From Takakia lepidozioides (lineage: Eukaryota; Plantae; Bryophyta), in NCBI GenBank assembly GCA_030704615.1, contig CM060732.1, positions 47,430,001 through 47,494,000 of the forward strand: 64,000 nt of DNA. The letters run 5' to 3'. A program made the position numbers and the translations under genes. A model generated the notes under the pieces. It was not told the DNA's origin. It made no database searches and was given only the letters and a program-made list of their open reading frames with translations. Of this stretch, positions 1 to 13,172 are shown piece after piece (the first letter of the stretch is position 1; each line of letters starts with the position of its first letter).

Positions 1-132
1 TCTAGCACCATGCAACACATGGTGAATTGACTGCCAAGGCACAAATTATATAATGTTTTCTTGGACAATAGTTTATGTAACATTGCTATATGTAAAGGTC
101 TATCCTAGAGTACAAGAGGTGGGAGAAAGAAC

Positions 133-2950
133 CTTGATGCATGGGCGCTCTTGCTTGGACCCGAAATGATGAGCCACAAGACTCATGGAGTAGGCTGCGT
201 TTCGTTCAGTCAGCTCAAAGGCTAGCAGACCCCCGACGTAGAATGTATTGTTCTGTCCTTGGAGCTCTTCCATCTTATCATAGAAGCCAGCCGCCATGTC
301 TGTGACCCTCAAGCCATCACGCAGCCATGGCATAGTTAGCAATCAAATTCCAGTCTATTAGACAGAAATTTCAAATTATTCTAGTGATATAAACTGAACA
401 TGGCTTACAGTCGTGCAGTTGAATGTGAAAGATTTGCACAAGGTTTAACTTCAACCACACATGTATATTTATATAATTCAGAGCAATTCTGGAATGAATC
501 AAGAAAAACTTACTAGTCGTGAGAATTTAATATAAATCATTTTATATAGTAGTCACGGAAATATGGTGGATCATCATGTGTCAAGGTGTCTAGAACAATT
601 CTCAGTGATTAAGTTTTTAATAGTTTCTGGGTGTACTTGTGCATGTTGAAAGTATCACGAAAGGCCTTTGATTCCTAGAGGGAAAGGCAAAGGAGTAGCT
701 GTGGTGCTCCAAATTTCCAAGATGGTTACTGATATATGTGTTAATTATTCACATGGTGTGTGTATCTGAAAATGTCTAAATTTCATGAATCAAGATGGCA
801 AGTTCAGAAATGTAGGTTGTATGGCAAGTTGTTCTTACCTGGAGTCAGGTTGGAAGACCTGTAGGTCCAATTCTTGTTGCGGAGGGCGGTGGTACCAGTC
901 ATGATCACTTTGTCAAACTCCAAAGTGTGTGGAGTTTTCTCAAGGCTAGATTGATCCATCAGTGACACACGGACAACTTTGGTGTCTGATCTGTTGATGC
1001 CTATGACTTGGACATTGCACCGTACATCTGGTATAGAGCAAACCAGTTTCTCCCAAAGACTAGTGTAGCCACCCTTTACCCGCAAAATTTTCCCAAGCAT
1101 GGTGGTTCGGGCAAATTCATGCAGGTATGCATATGGCATGTCATCTAGGTACCCATATCCACACGCTGTGTACCCATAGACTACTGCCTTCGGTACTCCA
1201 TTCTTCATCACTCTTGGAAACTTCTGTCGCAGATAGTCAAGAGCAGGCGTAGCCGCCACATTGCTAACTGCGTGCACTCCTAACTTTCCACTTTGAGCTG
1301 CCTTTGTCTGTAGCGTACCACCCAACATGAGTAATTTTGTCAGTCCTAACTAGAGTCTTAAAGGGTGATTGCAAACTAGAGTGGATCAAGAACTCCATAT
1401 CAAGAGTCCCTAGTGAGTGCGTAGATTGGCAAAAACAATTAGAGCAAAAACGGTTGGATTGATCTAGACCCTTAATTGACAATTTCAAAGCGTTTTCAAA
1501 TCGCAGATTTTGTACCAAGCCGGACATTATTTTGTCCATTAAACTTCTATCTGCCCTTCACCTAACATAAACTAATTCATAGAAGACTTTAAGAAACTCG
1601 CTATTTTGAAGGCTGAAAATAGTACGTCAATTATGTTTGACTTAATATTCTTGATTGGATGTTTCCATTCTAGTAGGTCATTCATCCCTCAAAGCACATA
1701 TGGACAAGTCCCTTTTATGATGAGTCCGATATAAAGCAAATCCAGACCACCCTTTTTTATGGACTGTAGGTTATTATGAACTTTTAACGAGATTCTATTT
1801 TTGGGTAATGAGATTTGGAACAGTGAAGGTGTATGTAGATGAGCATCTGTAGTCCCTTTTCACTAATAGCATTCTCATCTAGTTTCCATCTATTCTATGT
1901 ACAGAAAAACAAGTACTGTGAGAGCAATAAATGGACATTGTAGGTTCCACTCACCCTCAGAAATATCTCACCCTCAATATCTAGCTAAACTGTACGGAAC
2001 GACAAGCAATTCCATTTTAAATGAGTGGGAAGGAAAGAGTCATTGTACTTTAGGAAAGATAACTTGCAGGTGGTCTACTAAACTTAACAACAACGTTTTG
2101 AACTAGAATTGTCCGCTTGAAAGTGAGACTCGCAACTTTCTACACTCAAGAATTGCAAGGACATGCAAGGAAGTAGTAACTTCTTGCCTGCATCTTCACA
2201 AGGTTGGGAATGAGTGACATGTAGTCTGAATCTGGTTTAAGGTCCTCAAACTGGCTAGTCCTGACGTCAATGAGCGCTATTTTCTGGTCGGTCATGTCCT
2301 CCATCTCTACATCCATGTCAGCAATGAGTTTTTGCATATTCGGGGAGCTCCCACTAGCCAGAAACTGACCCCCCAAATCATACTTCTTCCCTGCATTGTG
2401 ATCCAACGGAATAACGCAGATTAGATGTCATTAGCGAGTACAGACCACCCGATAATACAAAGCAACATTCTTGATCATCGACCCCACCCTTCTCGTTCTC
2501 TGAAGTAGAACATTTTGAAAATGTTGTAAAACGACATCTCTTTTTCAAATTATTTGATAGTCGTTTGCTGCACAAAAAACTCTTTGTGGACACACAGAAT
2601 ATTGATATATTGGTCTAGATATCACAATGAGAACTCTACGCTGAAGTTGATACTCAATTGCCATTAGAATTTTTGAAGAATACCACCAATTTCCACCAGC
2701 TTTTGCAACGTCAGGTTTATGGGAATTAATGCCTACCTTCATAATCTAGTGTTTCACACATTCCACCCACGGTGTGATGCTGCTCCAATAAGGTGACATT
2801 GATGTAGCCCAGCTTTGATAGCGCATAAGCGGCCGCCAGCCCACTGGGTCCGCCCCCCACTATGCACACCCTTGTGTTAAAAGGCATACTAGGATACCGC
2901 TCCTCTAGCACTTTGATGGGTATGTCCCCATTACTTTTGGAGTCTTCCAT
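133..2950 (-). CDS. 5' part of an FAD-dependent oxidoreductase (amine-oxidase/fatty-acid-isomerase-like) gene, probably the N-terminus of the plant multidomain FAD/AMP-binding/ACP/catalase-like protein; continues beyond the left edge
   Basis: Exons at 2950-2737 (RVCIVGGGPSGLAAA...VGGMCET, GxGxxG Rossmann motif), 2390-2188 (YDLGGQ; GC donor), 1307-839 (YTACGYG...GGYTSLWEKL) and 299-133 (ELQGQNNTFYVGGLLAFELTERN), with in-phase splice sites. One expected internal exon looks degraded. Confidence 0.75.
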
Positions 2951-3837
2951 CTTCCAAGGCTTTGCTCTCCAATCGGTCAAAATCCAACTCTTTGCTTCGG
3001 CGATTCAGCTCTCCGATTGGTTAAAATCACTTCCCCCTGCTAACGCAATTCTTCTACGTACAGTGCTTATGTACTCATGCTAATCTGGATGCGATTATGA
3101 CTACAAAGCAGCTACTAGCGCAACGTAAAATATGTACAAACAGCACTGGAAACTCATGTTGATGTTTTCCCACAACCATTGCGATCTCCGCAATTCTTTA
3201 ATGCACAGAGCTCTAGTGTATGCTCTTTTGGAACTGTGGGTGCTTATATGCGGATGCAGCCTTGGGGTCATGTACTGCATAGAGTTGATAGACCGGCTGA
3301 AAACCACAGTCGACTGTGCCCTTCACCACTATCAGCAGACGATGGATGTCGACAGCTAGCTGCAGTGATCCATCTGAGCCTCCCTGCTCCTCAGTTTTGC
3401 GGCTGCATCTTGCTAGCACTAATCTGCTCTGCAGGAGTGGGCATTTAGAGTCGAGACGGCAGGCTGCAGACAAAAATCTAGTGACGACAAAACGGATGTT
3501 GCAGTTGGCCTACGTGGGTGGGGCTTCTCTTGCGCATCACCGGCCCGTGGCTCATATGTTTGCCATTTGGGTGCATGCGCTTCTTCACCTCCCATTTCTA
3601 TAGTAACTAATAACAAATATTTTTTTGGTGGGAATACTTAATATATAGTCACCAACCGTCAGCTCAGGTGGATAGTGCACTGAGTGGAGTGTCACCCGGA
3701 TGATTCTGGGGTAAAATCCTGCTACCTTGACAGGTGTGGTATATTCTTCTGCCCCTTCCTTGGGCGGTGTCCCATGCGAATGCCTTTATGTACAACGAGG
3801 CCACGATGTTATTGAGGTTACTACGAAAGATGTTCTT

Positions 3838-4640
3838 TTTTCCTCTCACTATAAGAGCCTGTTTCCATGTACTAGACCCTGACGTCATTGTTGGAATGGG
3901 TCTGACCAAGGTCACAACCATTGACTTGGCGAGGGTCCATCCATGTAGCCACCCGATCTCCCAAGACGAGCCGGCCGCGTTCTCCTTCTTCCACGCGTGG
4001 CATGGCATGGCATGAAAAGGCACGAAAAGGCACGATGATTGGACATGGCATGAAAAGACGCGAAGAGAGAAACATGTTCGACGGGTGATCCCAAAAACCA
4101 ACCTATATATGTATAAAGAGGTTCTATTTTCCCTCACTATAAGAGCATGTTTCCATGTAGACCTGACCCCCTCCAATGACGTCATCGTTGGAATGGGCTT
4201 GACCAAGGTAATAACCATTGACTTGACAATTGGTCCGTCTATGTAGCCACCCGATCTCCCAAGACGAGTCAGTTGCGTTCTCCTTCTTCCACGCGCGGCA
4301 TGGCATGGCATGAAAAGATGCGAAGAGAGAAACCTGTTCGACCAGTGATCCCAAAAACCAACCTATATAGGTATATAAAGAGGTTATTTTTTTCCCTCAA
4401 TATAAGAGCATGTTTCCATGTAGACCCGACCCCCTCCAATGACGTCATCGGTGGAATCGGTTTGACCAAGGTCATAACCATTGACTTAACAACTGGTCCG
4501 TCCATGTAGCCACCCGATCTCCCAAGACGAGTTGGTTGCGTTCTCCTTCTTCCTCGCGTGGCATGGCATGGCATGAAAAGGCACGAAGAGAGAAACCTGT
4601 TCGACCGGTGATCGCAAAAATCAATATATATATATATATA
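3838..4640. repeat. Three tandem copies of a ~260-300 bp unit containing (CATGG)n and (TA)n
   Basis: The marker atgtagccacccgatctcccaagacgag recurs at ~3943, ~4241 and ~4504. Confidence 0.9.
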
Positions 4641-4649
4641 AAGAAAAAA

Positions 4650-4775
4650 GGTGGACACTTGACCCAAGAGGGCTACTGCCTTCCTGTAGGAAAGTGGATA
4701 CCTTTGTAACAATCAACAGGGTGGTTTGAACCCACTACAACTCGTAAGAGGGTATATGCCCTTAACATGTTGGTT
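4650..4775 (-). mobile_element. tRNA-derived SINE-like fragment
   Basis: B-box GGGTTCAAACC on the minus strand. It resembles 58200-58310 (ggcta-tgccttcc...aaag-tgga-acctt...gtggtttgaacccac) and lies between (TA)n tracts. Confidence 0.45.
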
Positions 4776-4792
4776 TATATATATATATATAT

Positions 4793-6583
4793 GCCACCAA
4801 CCGAAGCTAGCGTAAATAAGATTCACCTCTTCCCCTTGCGGGTATTGCCCCCTTTTAGGGGTGGGCGCTATCCGCATCGTAACCTATCACAGAGTGGCTA
4901 GCTTGTCACTTTCAATCTTACATTTATTGAGGATTAGGGATGTGAGTGATGTAATAGCCATGAAATGCAATGCTCGTAGTAGAGGTGTAGTAGAGGTGTA
5001 GTGTATTTGGGTGGTAGGTTGAGATTATCTTTCAAACCTTGGATATTATGAGTATGAGCACCGCCCCCTGACACCCGCAGTGATGACGGTCAGAGGTGCC
5101 CTGTTCCAGCCTCGCTGACGAAGGGCATGTATGATTGGGTCATATTTTTTGTGTTTGTACATAATTGATTGATCTGGATTACGATCATGGCAGAATGCAA
5201 ATTCCAAAAATTATATTTTGAGAGATGGAAGCGGTTTTGTCGGCAGCAATGCCACTACAGGAAGTCCCGGACTAGCAAAATATCTGGGCATAGCCTTGCC
5301 AAGCAAAGGCACGGGTGCCCTTAGGAGCATACACATGGTAGTAGCCATGGGGGGTATAGTGTGGTCCGGTGGGCGACCTTGGAACGGGCCTGCGTTGATG
5401 AGGTTAAACCATCCGGATTTTGGATGTGAAGTGAGAATTTTGTGGAGTTGTCTAACCCCTTAGTTTATGTCTAGTTACCCGCAACCCATGAATTTATGGG
5501 GTGGTTGCAATGGAGAAGTGTGGCCATGTATCTATTTGGGGATTTTGGGATGAACATAACACGTAGTGTTTATTAGGGTATAATAATGGCCAGAACAAGT
5601 TCCGTCATTGATTGCTCATGTATTGACCATACCAAAATTCAAAGTTTGTTTGATTTGTGCATCACTAACCCTGGGGGATGTCCAAAAATGATTGGACATA
5701 CTATGTAGCAGGTGCGGGGACGAGACCCACTTAGATATGTAGGAATTTTTGTAGGTGGGGGATTCTTGTATGAGTAGTTTGGTCTCGCCTTGAATATGTG
5801 TGTGTAGATTCCATATAGGTGCTATGGTCAAGAATCTAGCCCTTGTTGATATGAGCCAAAACGGGTATGTGTGCGATCGGTGGATAGGGTTGGTCGAGGG
5901 GTTGGTGATTGGCTGAATGGCACCAAATTGAGCAAGAAGGTCTGCTATGTCACTACCTATTATGTTTGTATGAGATTGAACTTTATGTATATGGATTTGC
6001 AGCGGTAAAGATGATACAACATTGACGATTTCTTTTATAAGTGTAATATGAGGATGACATGCAAATTTGGTTGGTGAGAAGGTATAGGGAGACCAAGCTA
6101 TTTGTAAATAAATAGTATGTTGAGTAGGTTGGTAGGGGAGAAACTTGAGAGCATCATGTATGGCCATAAGAACCGCTCGCAAGATATTTTGGCGACCATG
6201 GAGACGACTATAAATTTTGGTGTTGGTGCCAACCAAATATATACCATAACCCGCCTGGGCATCTTTTAAGGAGCCATCAGTATGTATGCATTTTGGTGGT
6301 GGGAATTTCAACGTTGTGGGTTCCGTGAAATCTGGGAGTGGTATAGCAAAGGTTTTTTTGTCTCTCTGCCCAAAGAGGCATGGGGGTCATATGTCTCCAT
6401 GGTTTGTTTGGATTGATTCGGGGTATTTGTTGGGTGTTGGGGTAGGGGGGTGGATCGTGGCTGTGTGACCAAATAAAAGTTTTAGAATCCGATCCAGTTG
6501 ATGGTAGAAAGTGGTAGGTATTTGCGGGTTTTGTGAGTGGTGTACACATACCAGTTTAGTTAGTAACTGTTCTGGATATTTCA
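4793..6583 (-). mobile_element. 3' part of a degenerate non-LTR retrotransposon with RNase H, zinc knuckle and restriction-like endonuclease (Dualen/RandI-like)
   Basis: ORF 5616-6311 has RNase H motifs (IHTDGS, QNILRA.LMAI, HKVQSHTNIIGSDIADLLA). Downstream minus-strand frames give C..C...DTWPH and RLCPDILLV...LEFAFCHDR...KHKKYDPIIHALRQRGW...VITAGVRG (PD-(D/E)xK type). The element ends at a (TA)n tract. Confidence 0.7.
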
Positions 6584-6841
6584 TGTAATTGCACTGTAGA
6601 ATAAAACTATAATTAATCCTAAAAGAATAATTAATCAGTCTAAAGTTCGTTCGCTGGGGAAAGCACTATATGGTTGTAAAATAACGATGCTAGACTATTT
6701 TCTCTCTCTCTCTCTCTTCTTTGGATCAACTTTTACCACCAGTCATCTTCATCTAACACGATCATCATTCTTCCAGATTCACAAATATTCTCTCCATCTT
6801 CTATTAACTCTGCTCCATCGGCTGAAATTAAATACCATTGC

Positions 6842-7036
6842 TCAACTATATTCTTCCTCCAAATAATCTCTCTGATACAAAGTCAACAACTCTCGATACC
6901 ATCCTTTATTGACTAACCATAAATTAATTATCTCTCTATCACTACATTGCAATCTTTTAAAAATATCTATCGACAAACTATTAGGCAGTCCAGTAATTAG
7001 TTCTACAGGATATGCTATCCGTTCTCCTTCACACAT
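6842..7036 (-). other. F-box-like motif fragment; sister copies split across 7200-7253/18019-18100 and at ~18220-18260
   Basis: ELITGLPNSLSIDIFKRL...LWLVNKGWYREL matches the plant F-box pattern LIPGLPDD...L..V.K.W. Confidence 0.55.
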
Positions 7037-8131
7037 CCCTATTAACCACTCTTTACCACCAATTTTGCTTCTCTAGTTGTTCGAGGGATTTGCCCTCACC
7101 AAAATTATGATTCCATTCTCTCATAAGTTCAGGATAGCCTTCAAATGGTCTATACCACTTCTGGGACCAACTATGCTTCCAAAACAACTCATGTATATGA
7201 TGGATATCTCTCTATACCACCCTCTATTGACTAATTGCAACAAGAATACTTCTGAGGTTAGCTATTTCATGAGCATGAGCGGCATGAGCGGCATGAGCGG
7301 AGTAGTAAGACAATCGGTTTTCATGAGCAGAAGTACAAATTCCGCAAATAAAAAATATTATTTTAATGGGATATGTCAGAAAAAACAATATAATATTCAT
7401 TGTTTGAAGTAGAAATTGTAGTTTTGAGAGCCGTGCTCATGATATTTCGTTTTCCGCTCATGTGAATTCCGAGCGACATCTGCAAAAATGGCGCCGAATT
7501 TCGTGAAATCGGCGACGTATTGCGCGGTAATAGTTGACTCCGGCGAAAAATGGTGCCGAATTTCGCGGTTATAGGTCCCAACTTCATTGAAGTGTAAGCC
7601 CAAAATTTGGAAATGTGGCGCCGAATTTCGGTACATGGTTCCGGGCATTACACAAATGTTGGGCAGTTCTGGGCCATGTAACTGGAAATTCGGCGCCATT
7701 TTTCCAGACATCGTCTCCAGACAATGTTGGGACTTAGCCAGTTTTCGGCCCAAAAAAAGGAAATTCGGCGCCATTTTCCAGAAATGGCCCCCTCAATTGC
7801 AACCGTTGGAACTCAGTTTTTTGGAAGATTTGCAAATTTTTTCTGCCGCCATCTTTGAATTGATTCTGTTTCGACATTGAATTGTCACTTGACGTCAACG
7901 GATATCCAACAGTCCCTAGTGTTTAAAAGACATCACTTTAATATTGTCTGTCTCATTCCAGGAGTTTTGGGGTACAATTCATTACACTGCAAAACAAAGT
8001 CTAATGCATAAAAATGCAATTGCAAATATCCATATGGTGGATTCCCTTTTCCCCATCAATGATTTCTGGAATCCCGGCGGAGGAGTTTGTGCAGTTCGTT
8101 CACGCTCAACGCTGGTGCATGAATAAAGTCA

Positions 8132-11100
8132 TCAATAGTCAAGTTCATCCTCAACCTCTTCAGGTAAATGTAATACAGATGTTTGCACGGATAATACTTT
8201 GACCCCTTTCTTTGCTTCTATCAACGAGAAGTCCGTACAATTGCAAGTCGGCTCCACTCCAATCATAATTGTGTATACGTCGTCGCGTACAGCTGAGCCG
8301 GCCGTTGCCATCCGATAAACACGCCCAAGGCCGGGTGGGGGTACGTCCACGGAACTCTGAATAGTGCAAGCCATCCCAAGAGCATTGGCAATCCGAGTCT
8401 CATTCAACTTATTGGGAGGGTGTCGTCTCTTCACTCTTCCGAATCGCATTGTGGGATGTGCAGAATTGTCCAATCCGTCTCTACTGGATGGAGCAGCCTG
8501 CAATGGCTGGGTCTGAGGAACTGGAAACGAGTAGGCCGGGACGTCTGTGCGTTGCACCATTCGAAATCCTGCTGCACAAAGAGCATCCGCCTCATTCTGA
8601 GAGAGGTTGCAACCCGTTGCAACAGGCCAGACGCCCGGAGGCTCCGGCATTCCCTGAATCCCATACTGGGGCTTGCCAAATACACAGGTCATTATGTCGT
8701 GCCTACAGAACCAAAACGTTTGCGTTGTGGTGTGAGAGAATGTGGGAGTAAAAAATTTGCCGCTGAAACAAGGTGCAGGTACAACACCGTGTGGGTTCCT
8801 CTGAATCATCTCACCACAGCGTGCTCTCGTATCCACCCGGATGGCGCAACACTTCCCTCAAAATGCCGGCAATGTCCTTGCTATTTTCCATTGTGACTCC
8901 GACACTCTTGTCTCCACAATGGGTATGTTGTACTGCGTTACTACAGATGGCTCGTTATGTTCCGCGGGCATGTGCCCTGTGCTCAAAGGAGATGGCGATC
9001 TTGAACGTGCAGGACTTGCGGTGCTCGACGAGACCTCCTCGGACAACATCACGGGACCACGAGAGAGTGTGCGAATATTCTTGTCAGCTCGCCATGAATC
9101 CTCTTCTCCGCCAGGTGCCTCGTTAAGTCTTCGTCTCACTGAACAGGTGTGAACATCTCCTTCCAAGTGTTGGCCTCTTCGAAGCAATGGCGTGTCCCAA
9201 AGGCCCTCTCGCAAGGCTGCCGCCCACTTGCGAGGATTCTTCGATCTGGAGGCAGTCCGCATCAGCATTTCCTGCCTGTCCGGCCCCAAGCCCCACTGTT
9301 TCCCTTTTAAGAACTTGTTGTACCTGCATTGCTGCATAATTGACCTGACAATATCCTCCGTTGTGGCAGTGAGGATGTCCACCAGATGCGCCGCAGAGGA
9401 GGCACGCTAGGAAGAATGTACTGATTCGGCCATGTTTGTTGTCGGCATGTCGGTGTCGGAGTCAAGACACATTTCCTGCACATGCACATGTTGAGGTTAC
9501 AAGCAAGTTACAAAGAACGAGTAGCATAATATTCAACATGACGCGAATTCGTCCAACTCACCTCTCGCATATAATCGCCGAACTGGAGGAAATGATAATG
9601 CCACCATGCTAGCCAACTGACCATTGCTCCCTCGTCTGATTTCTTTACAGCACCTGACGTTGTCCACCAAGCCCGTATACATGCAAATTGTATCTCTGCA
9701 TCATCCAAAGTGGGAGCACACTTCCACGCAAGACACATGGAACGGTGCTCCTCTCTGAAATCTGGCGCCACGAGCCGGGTTGTGTACTGCGACAAGCTCT
9801 GCAGAAAATGGAACCCACAAGATCTCTCCTTGCCTTCCATCGGAACATTGGGGTTTTTGCCGTACACCCTTCGGATGGCAGCCCAATTTGCTTGTGTGTT
9901 GTCCGCCATGAAACCACGGAAATTGGGAGGGGGCAATCCTGCCCTGGCCATCTGTTCGTTTATTCCTTGCCAAAGAAGCATCTCCGATTGTGTGTCCTCT
10001 CCTTTCATCTCACAAATAGCAATTGTCATTAGCATCCTGCAGTGGGTGTCGTAGACATGTGCAGCCATTGTCACCCACTAGTGATTTGTAATTCGCTTGA
10101 TATGGTCGAACATGACCCAACTGTTTGACAAGTCCCCACTCATCATCCGGTCGACCAGTTCGACGCCACTGTCAGGCCCACACGTGGACATTTTGAATAC
10201 GAAACAACGATCTGCCTCAGTCCCTTGTCCTGGAAACCTACTTCCATGAATGTAGTCATATCCACATCGTCGCTTCACCTCCATAATGGAATGCATATCC
10301 GAGCCACGCCCAATTTTCTGTTTGTAGGAGACAATGTGGTTTCGGACATTCGGTGAACAGACGTGGGACACCGACTCCAGCAATGCCTCCATTTCCTTCT
10401 CATCGAGAGGAACTCTGTCGGAGCCGTCTTCCGACATAATTCTGGCCAATGCCATCTTATGGGCGGCCTACAGCTGTATCTGTTTGGGTTTGGCACCAGG
10501 TCTCAACCTAACCTCCTCCTGAACGAGCTGCTCTGCCTCGTGGGCAGCCTCCCGCGAGTTCCCCCTCGCCAATTTGTGACAATGGGAACCAACGTGTATG
10601 CAAGCTCGTGTGAGGTCAGGGAAACGGTGCAACACATAGAACTGCTTGGCATTACAAACAGACATGCAATGTGGTGGTTCTTTGCAATGCGCACACTTAA
10701 ATGTGGAGTTTGGAACCTTCTCCTGAGCTCGAAATGGTTGATGAGCTGTGCCTGTCCAATCCGTCTCGTTCCTGTGACCTCTGGATTTAAAGTGGAAGCA
10801 AGTTGGGGAGAAACACCGCAATGCACCCGCACAAACAACGTAGCGCACCCGCACACCATCGAGCATCTTCATGCTGGTGGTTTTGGTGACGCACCAAGGA
10901 TGACCGTCATGTTTCCTATCCATATCTGTCAATATTCCGGATGCCCTCGAATAGTCCGTTCGAGGAGGGAACTCAAAGAACATATTACCGTCGACGTCTG
11001 CGGGAAGGCATGTAACGGATTTAATGGCAAACTTGTTGTAGTCCAGTCCAGCCAGCTCCGAGCAGTGTCCCTCCATATGAAGCCCTCGCAGAATTTCAAG

Positions 11101-11691
11101 AATGGATCGAACTGTTGTGTTCGTGCTGGGAATATGACTCCCTCGTCCGCTGATGTCCATTGAGGACTTGCCTGATCTCTAGGATGATCTCGGAACTTCC
11201 ATGATCTCGTCGGAGTCGGACAGGTTGTGAACAACCCGGTTCTCGCTCGTCTTCATTGATGGGTTCGGCTCTGGATTTACTTCGTTGCGGTCTTCTCTCT
11301 TTGAGGTACCCACTCTCTGATTCGCTGATTGTTTCATGGAAGGCGGCACGATAGAAGGCGCATTTGGGAGGCAAATGAAGTCCCCAACAGCCCTGTATAT
11401 GACGTTGTCCGATGGTGGAACTCGCCATTCCCTGCCGTCACCGAAATCATTGTGGAGCACAACAATACTTTCGACTACAACTCCGTTTGAATCCTTCCTT
11501 TCCTCCTCCAAAAATACCGACCCCGGTTTCAGGTGGTATCGAACGCAGAGATATTTCTCCATCACCCAGCAGATCTCCCCTCTGCACGGAAATGTAGCTC
11601 TATGCTCGTGAGGAGGGCAGTACACTATAGCGCTCGGGTTTTCTGCCATGGGAGTTGTGCACACAAGACTGCCAGGATGGCGTTCGGACAA
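8132..11691 (-). pseudogene. MULE-type DDE transposase with an N-terminal Cys/His domain and a C-terminal SWIM finger; inactivated
   Basis: ORFs starting at 11691, 11160, 10455 and 10074 are one frame broken by three TAG stops. Motifs: WVMFDHIKR, MAAHVYD, FRGFMADNTQANW, CGFHFLQSL. Probable intron at ~9408-9562. The second exon carries PTCNCTDF...YPCKHLYY (SWIM, frameshifted). Confidence 0.8.
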
Positions 11692-11989
11692 GCGCCCCCA
11701 CGCTTCTTGTCAGACGCCGTAATGATTGGTTTGCGCAGCGCATCTGCACATGTCATATACCATTTGACTACATACCGTTGGCAGTTATTGCGCAAAGGCC
11801 AGGGGCCGCATTCCGCAGACAAGGTTCATTAACTCTCTGACAGTGGAATTTCGGGAGAGTGGGCTCCCCGGATTCGTGAATAGGCTTCGTCGCTTGCAAA
11901 AATCGGCCCTGCATTCCTTCCCCTCGCTGCATCCCCCCTTCTCCCAGATCTTCCCCATGGACAAAGGGAACTGACAGAGGTGGCATTCC

Positions 11990-13070
11990 AGTGGGTCTGA
12001 TTACAAGATTGAGTGCCAGAACCTCGCCGCCAAAAGTAAACATACAACAGCGGCGCCGAATTTGCATCCGAGGCCGGTTGGACGATTTCGTCTCCAGGGT
12101 GAGTCGGTTACCTGGCCAACAGAGAACATCACCCGGATGGAAAAACGGCGCCGAATTTCCATCCGAGGCCCGTTGGATGAAGTCGTTTCGGGGGGAGAGG
12201 CCGACACCTGGCCGACAGAGAACATCCCCCGGATGGAAAAAAGGCGCCGAATTTCCATCCAAGGCCTGTTGGATGAAGTCGTCTCGGGGGGAGAGGCCGA
12301 CACCTGGCCGATTGAGATCATCCCCCGGATGGAAAAACGGCGCCGAATTTCCATCGGAGGCCGGCCGGATGAAGTCGTTTCGGGGGGAGAGGCCGACAGC
12401 TGCTCGACAGAGAACATCCCCCGGATGGAAAAACGGCGCCGAATTTCCATCGGACGCCGACACCTGGCCGAAAGATAATATCCCCCGGATGGAAAAACGG
12501 CACCGAATTTCCATCGAAGGCCGACACCTGGCCGAAAGAGAACATCCCCCGGATGGAAAAACGGCGCCGAATTTCCATCGGAGGCCGACACCTGCTCGAC
12601 AGAGAATATCCCCCCGGATGGAAAAACGGCGCCGAATTTCCATCGGAGGCCGACACCTGGCGAAAAGAGAACATCCCCCGGATGGAAAAACGGCGCCGAA
12701 TTTCCATCGGAGGCCGACACCTGGCCCAAAGAGAACATCCTCCGGATGGAAAAATGGCACCGAATTTCCATCCGTCCGCACTCGGAATTACCTGCAGGAT
12801 GGAAATTTGGCGCCGAATTTCCATCCAAGGCTCGTCAGATGAAGCCCGTATCGGCACTTCTTCAACAACTTATAGTCGTTGCATCAAGTTTTTCACGTTT
12901 TTTTGTATGGCTACACACTAAACTAGGAGTTTTTTGCCTACATGCCACATTTCGCACGTTATTCCCACCATTCTGGTCCGCTAAAGACAAATTCGTTGCC
13001 GGTTTTCCATCGATGAGGTGGACCGAATTACCTGCAGGATGGAAATTCGGCGCCGGATTTCCGAGTGAAG
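11990..13070. repeat. Array of ~61-bp and ~119-bp units built on the near-palindrome GATGGAAA-AA-CGGCGCCG-AA-TTTCCATC, between the two divergent genes
   Basis: About 12 copies of the core from ~12050 to ~13055; the spacers are related to one another. Confidence 0.95.
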
Positions 13071-13172
13071 GATGTCGGGAAGCAGGGGGTGCAAGAGTTT
13101 GCCAATTCGCTCAGTGCCGACCTCTTGCACAAATCGAAGGCAAAGGTAGACAGAACCTGGTATAGGCTGAGC

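Noticed and set aside
12050-12830. CRISPR-like look: 28-bp palindromic repeats with ~33-bp spacers
   Set aside because: The spacers are near-copies of each other, there are no cas genes, and the context is a eukaryotic transposon; it is a tandem repeat.
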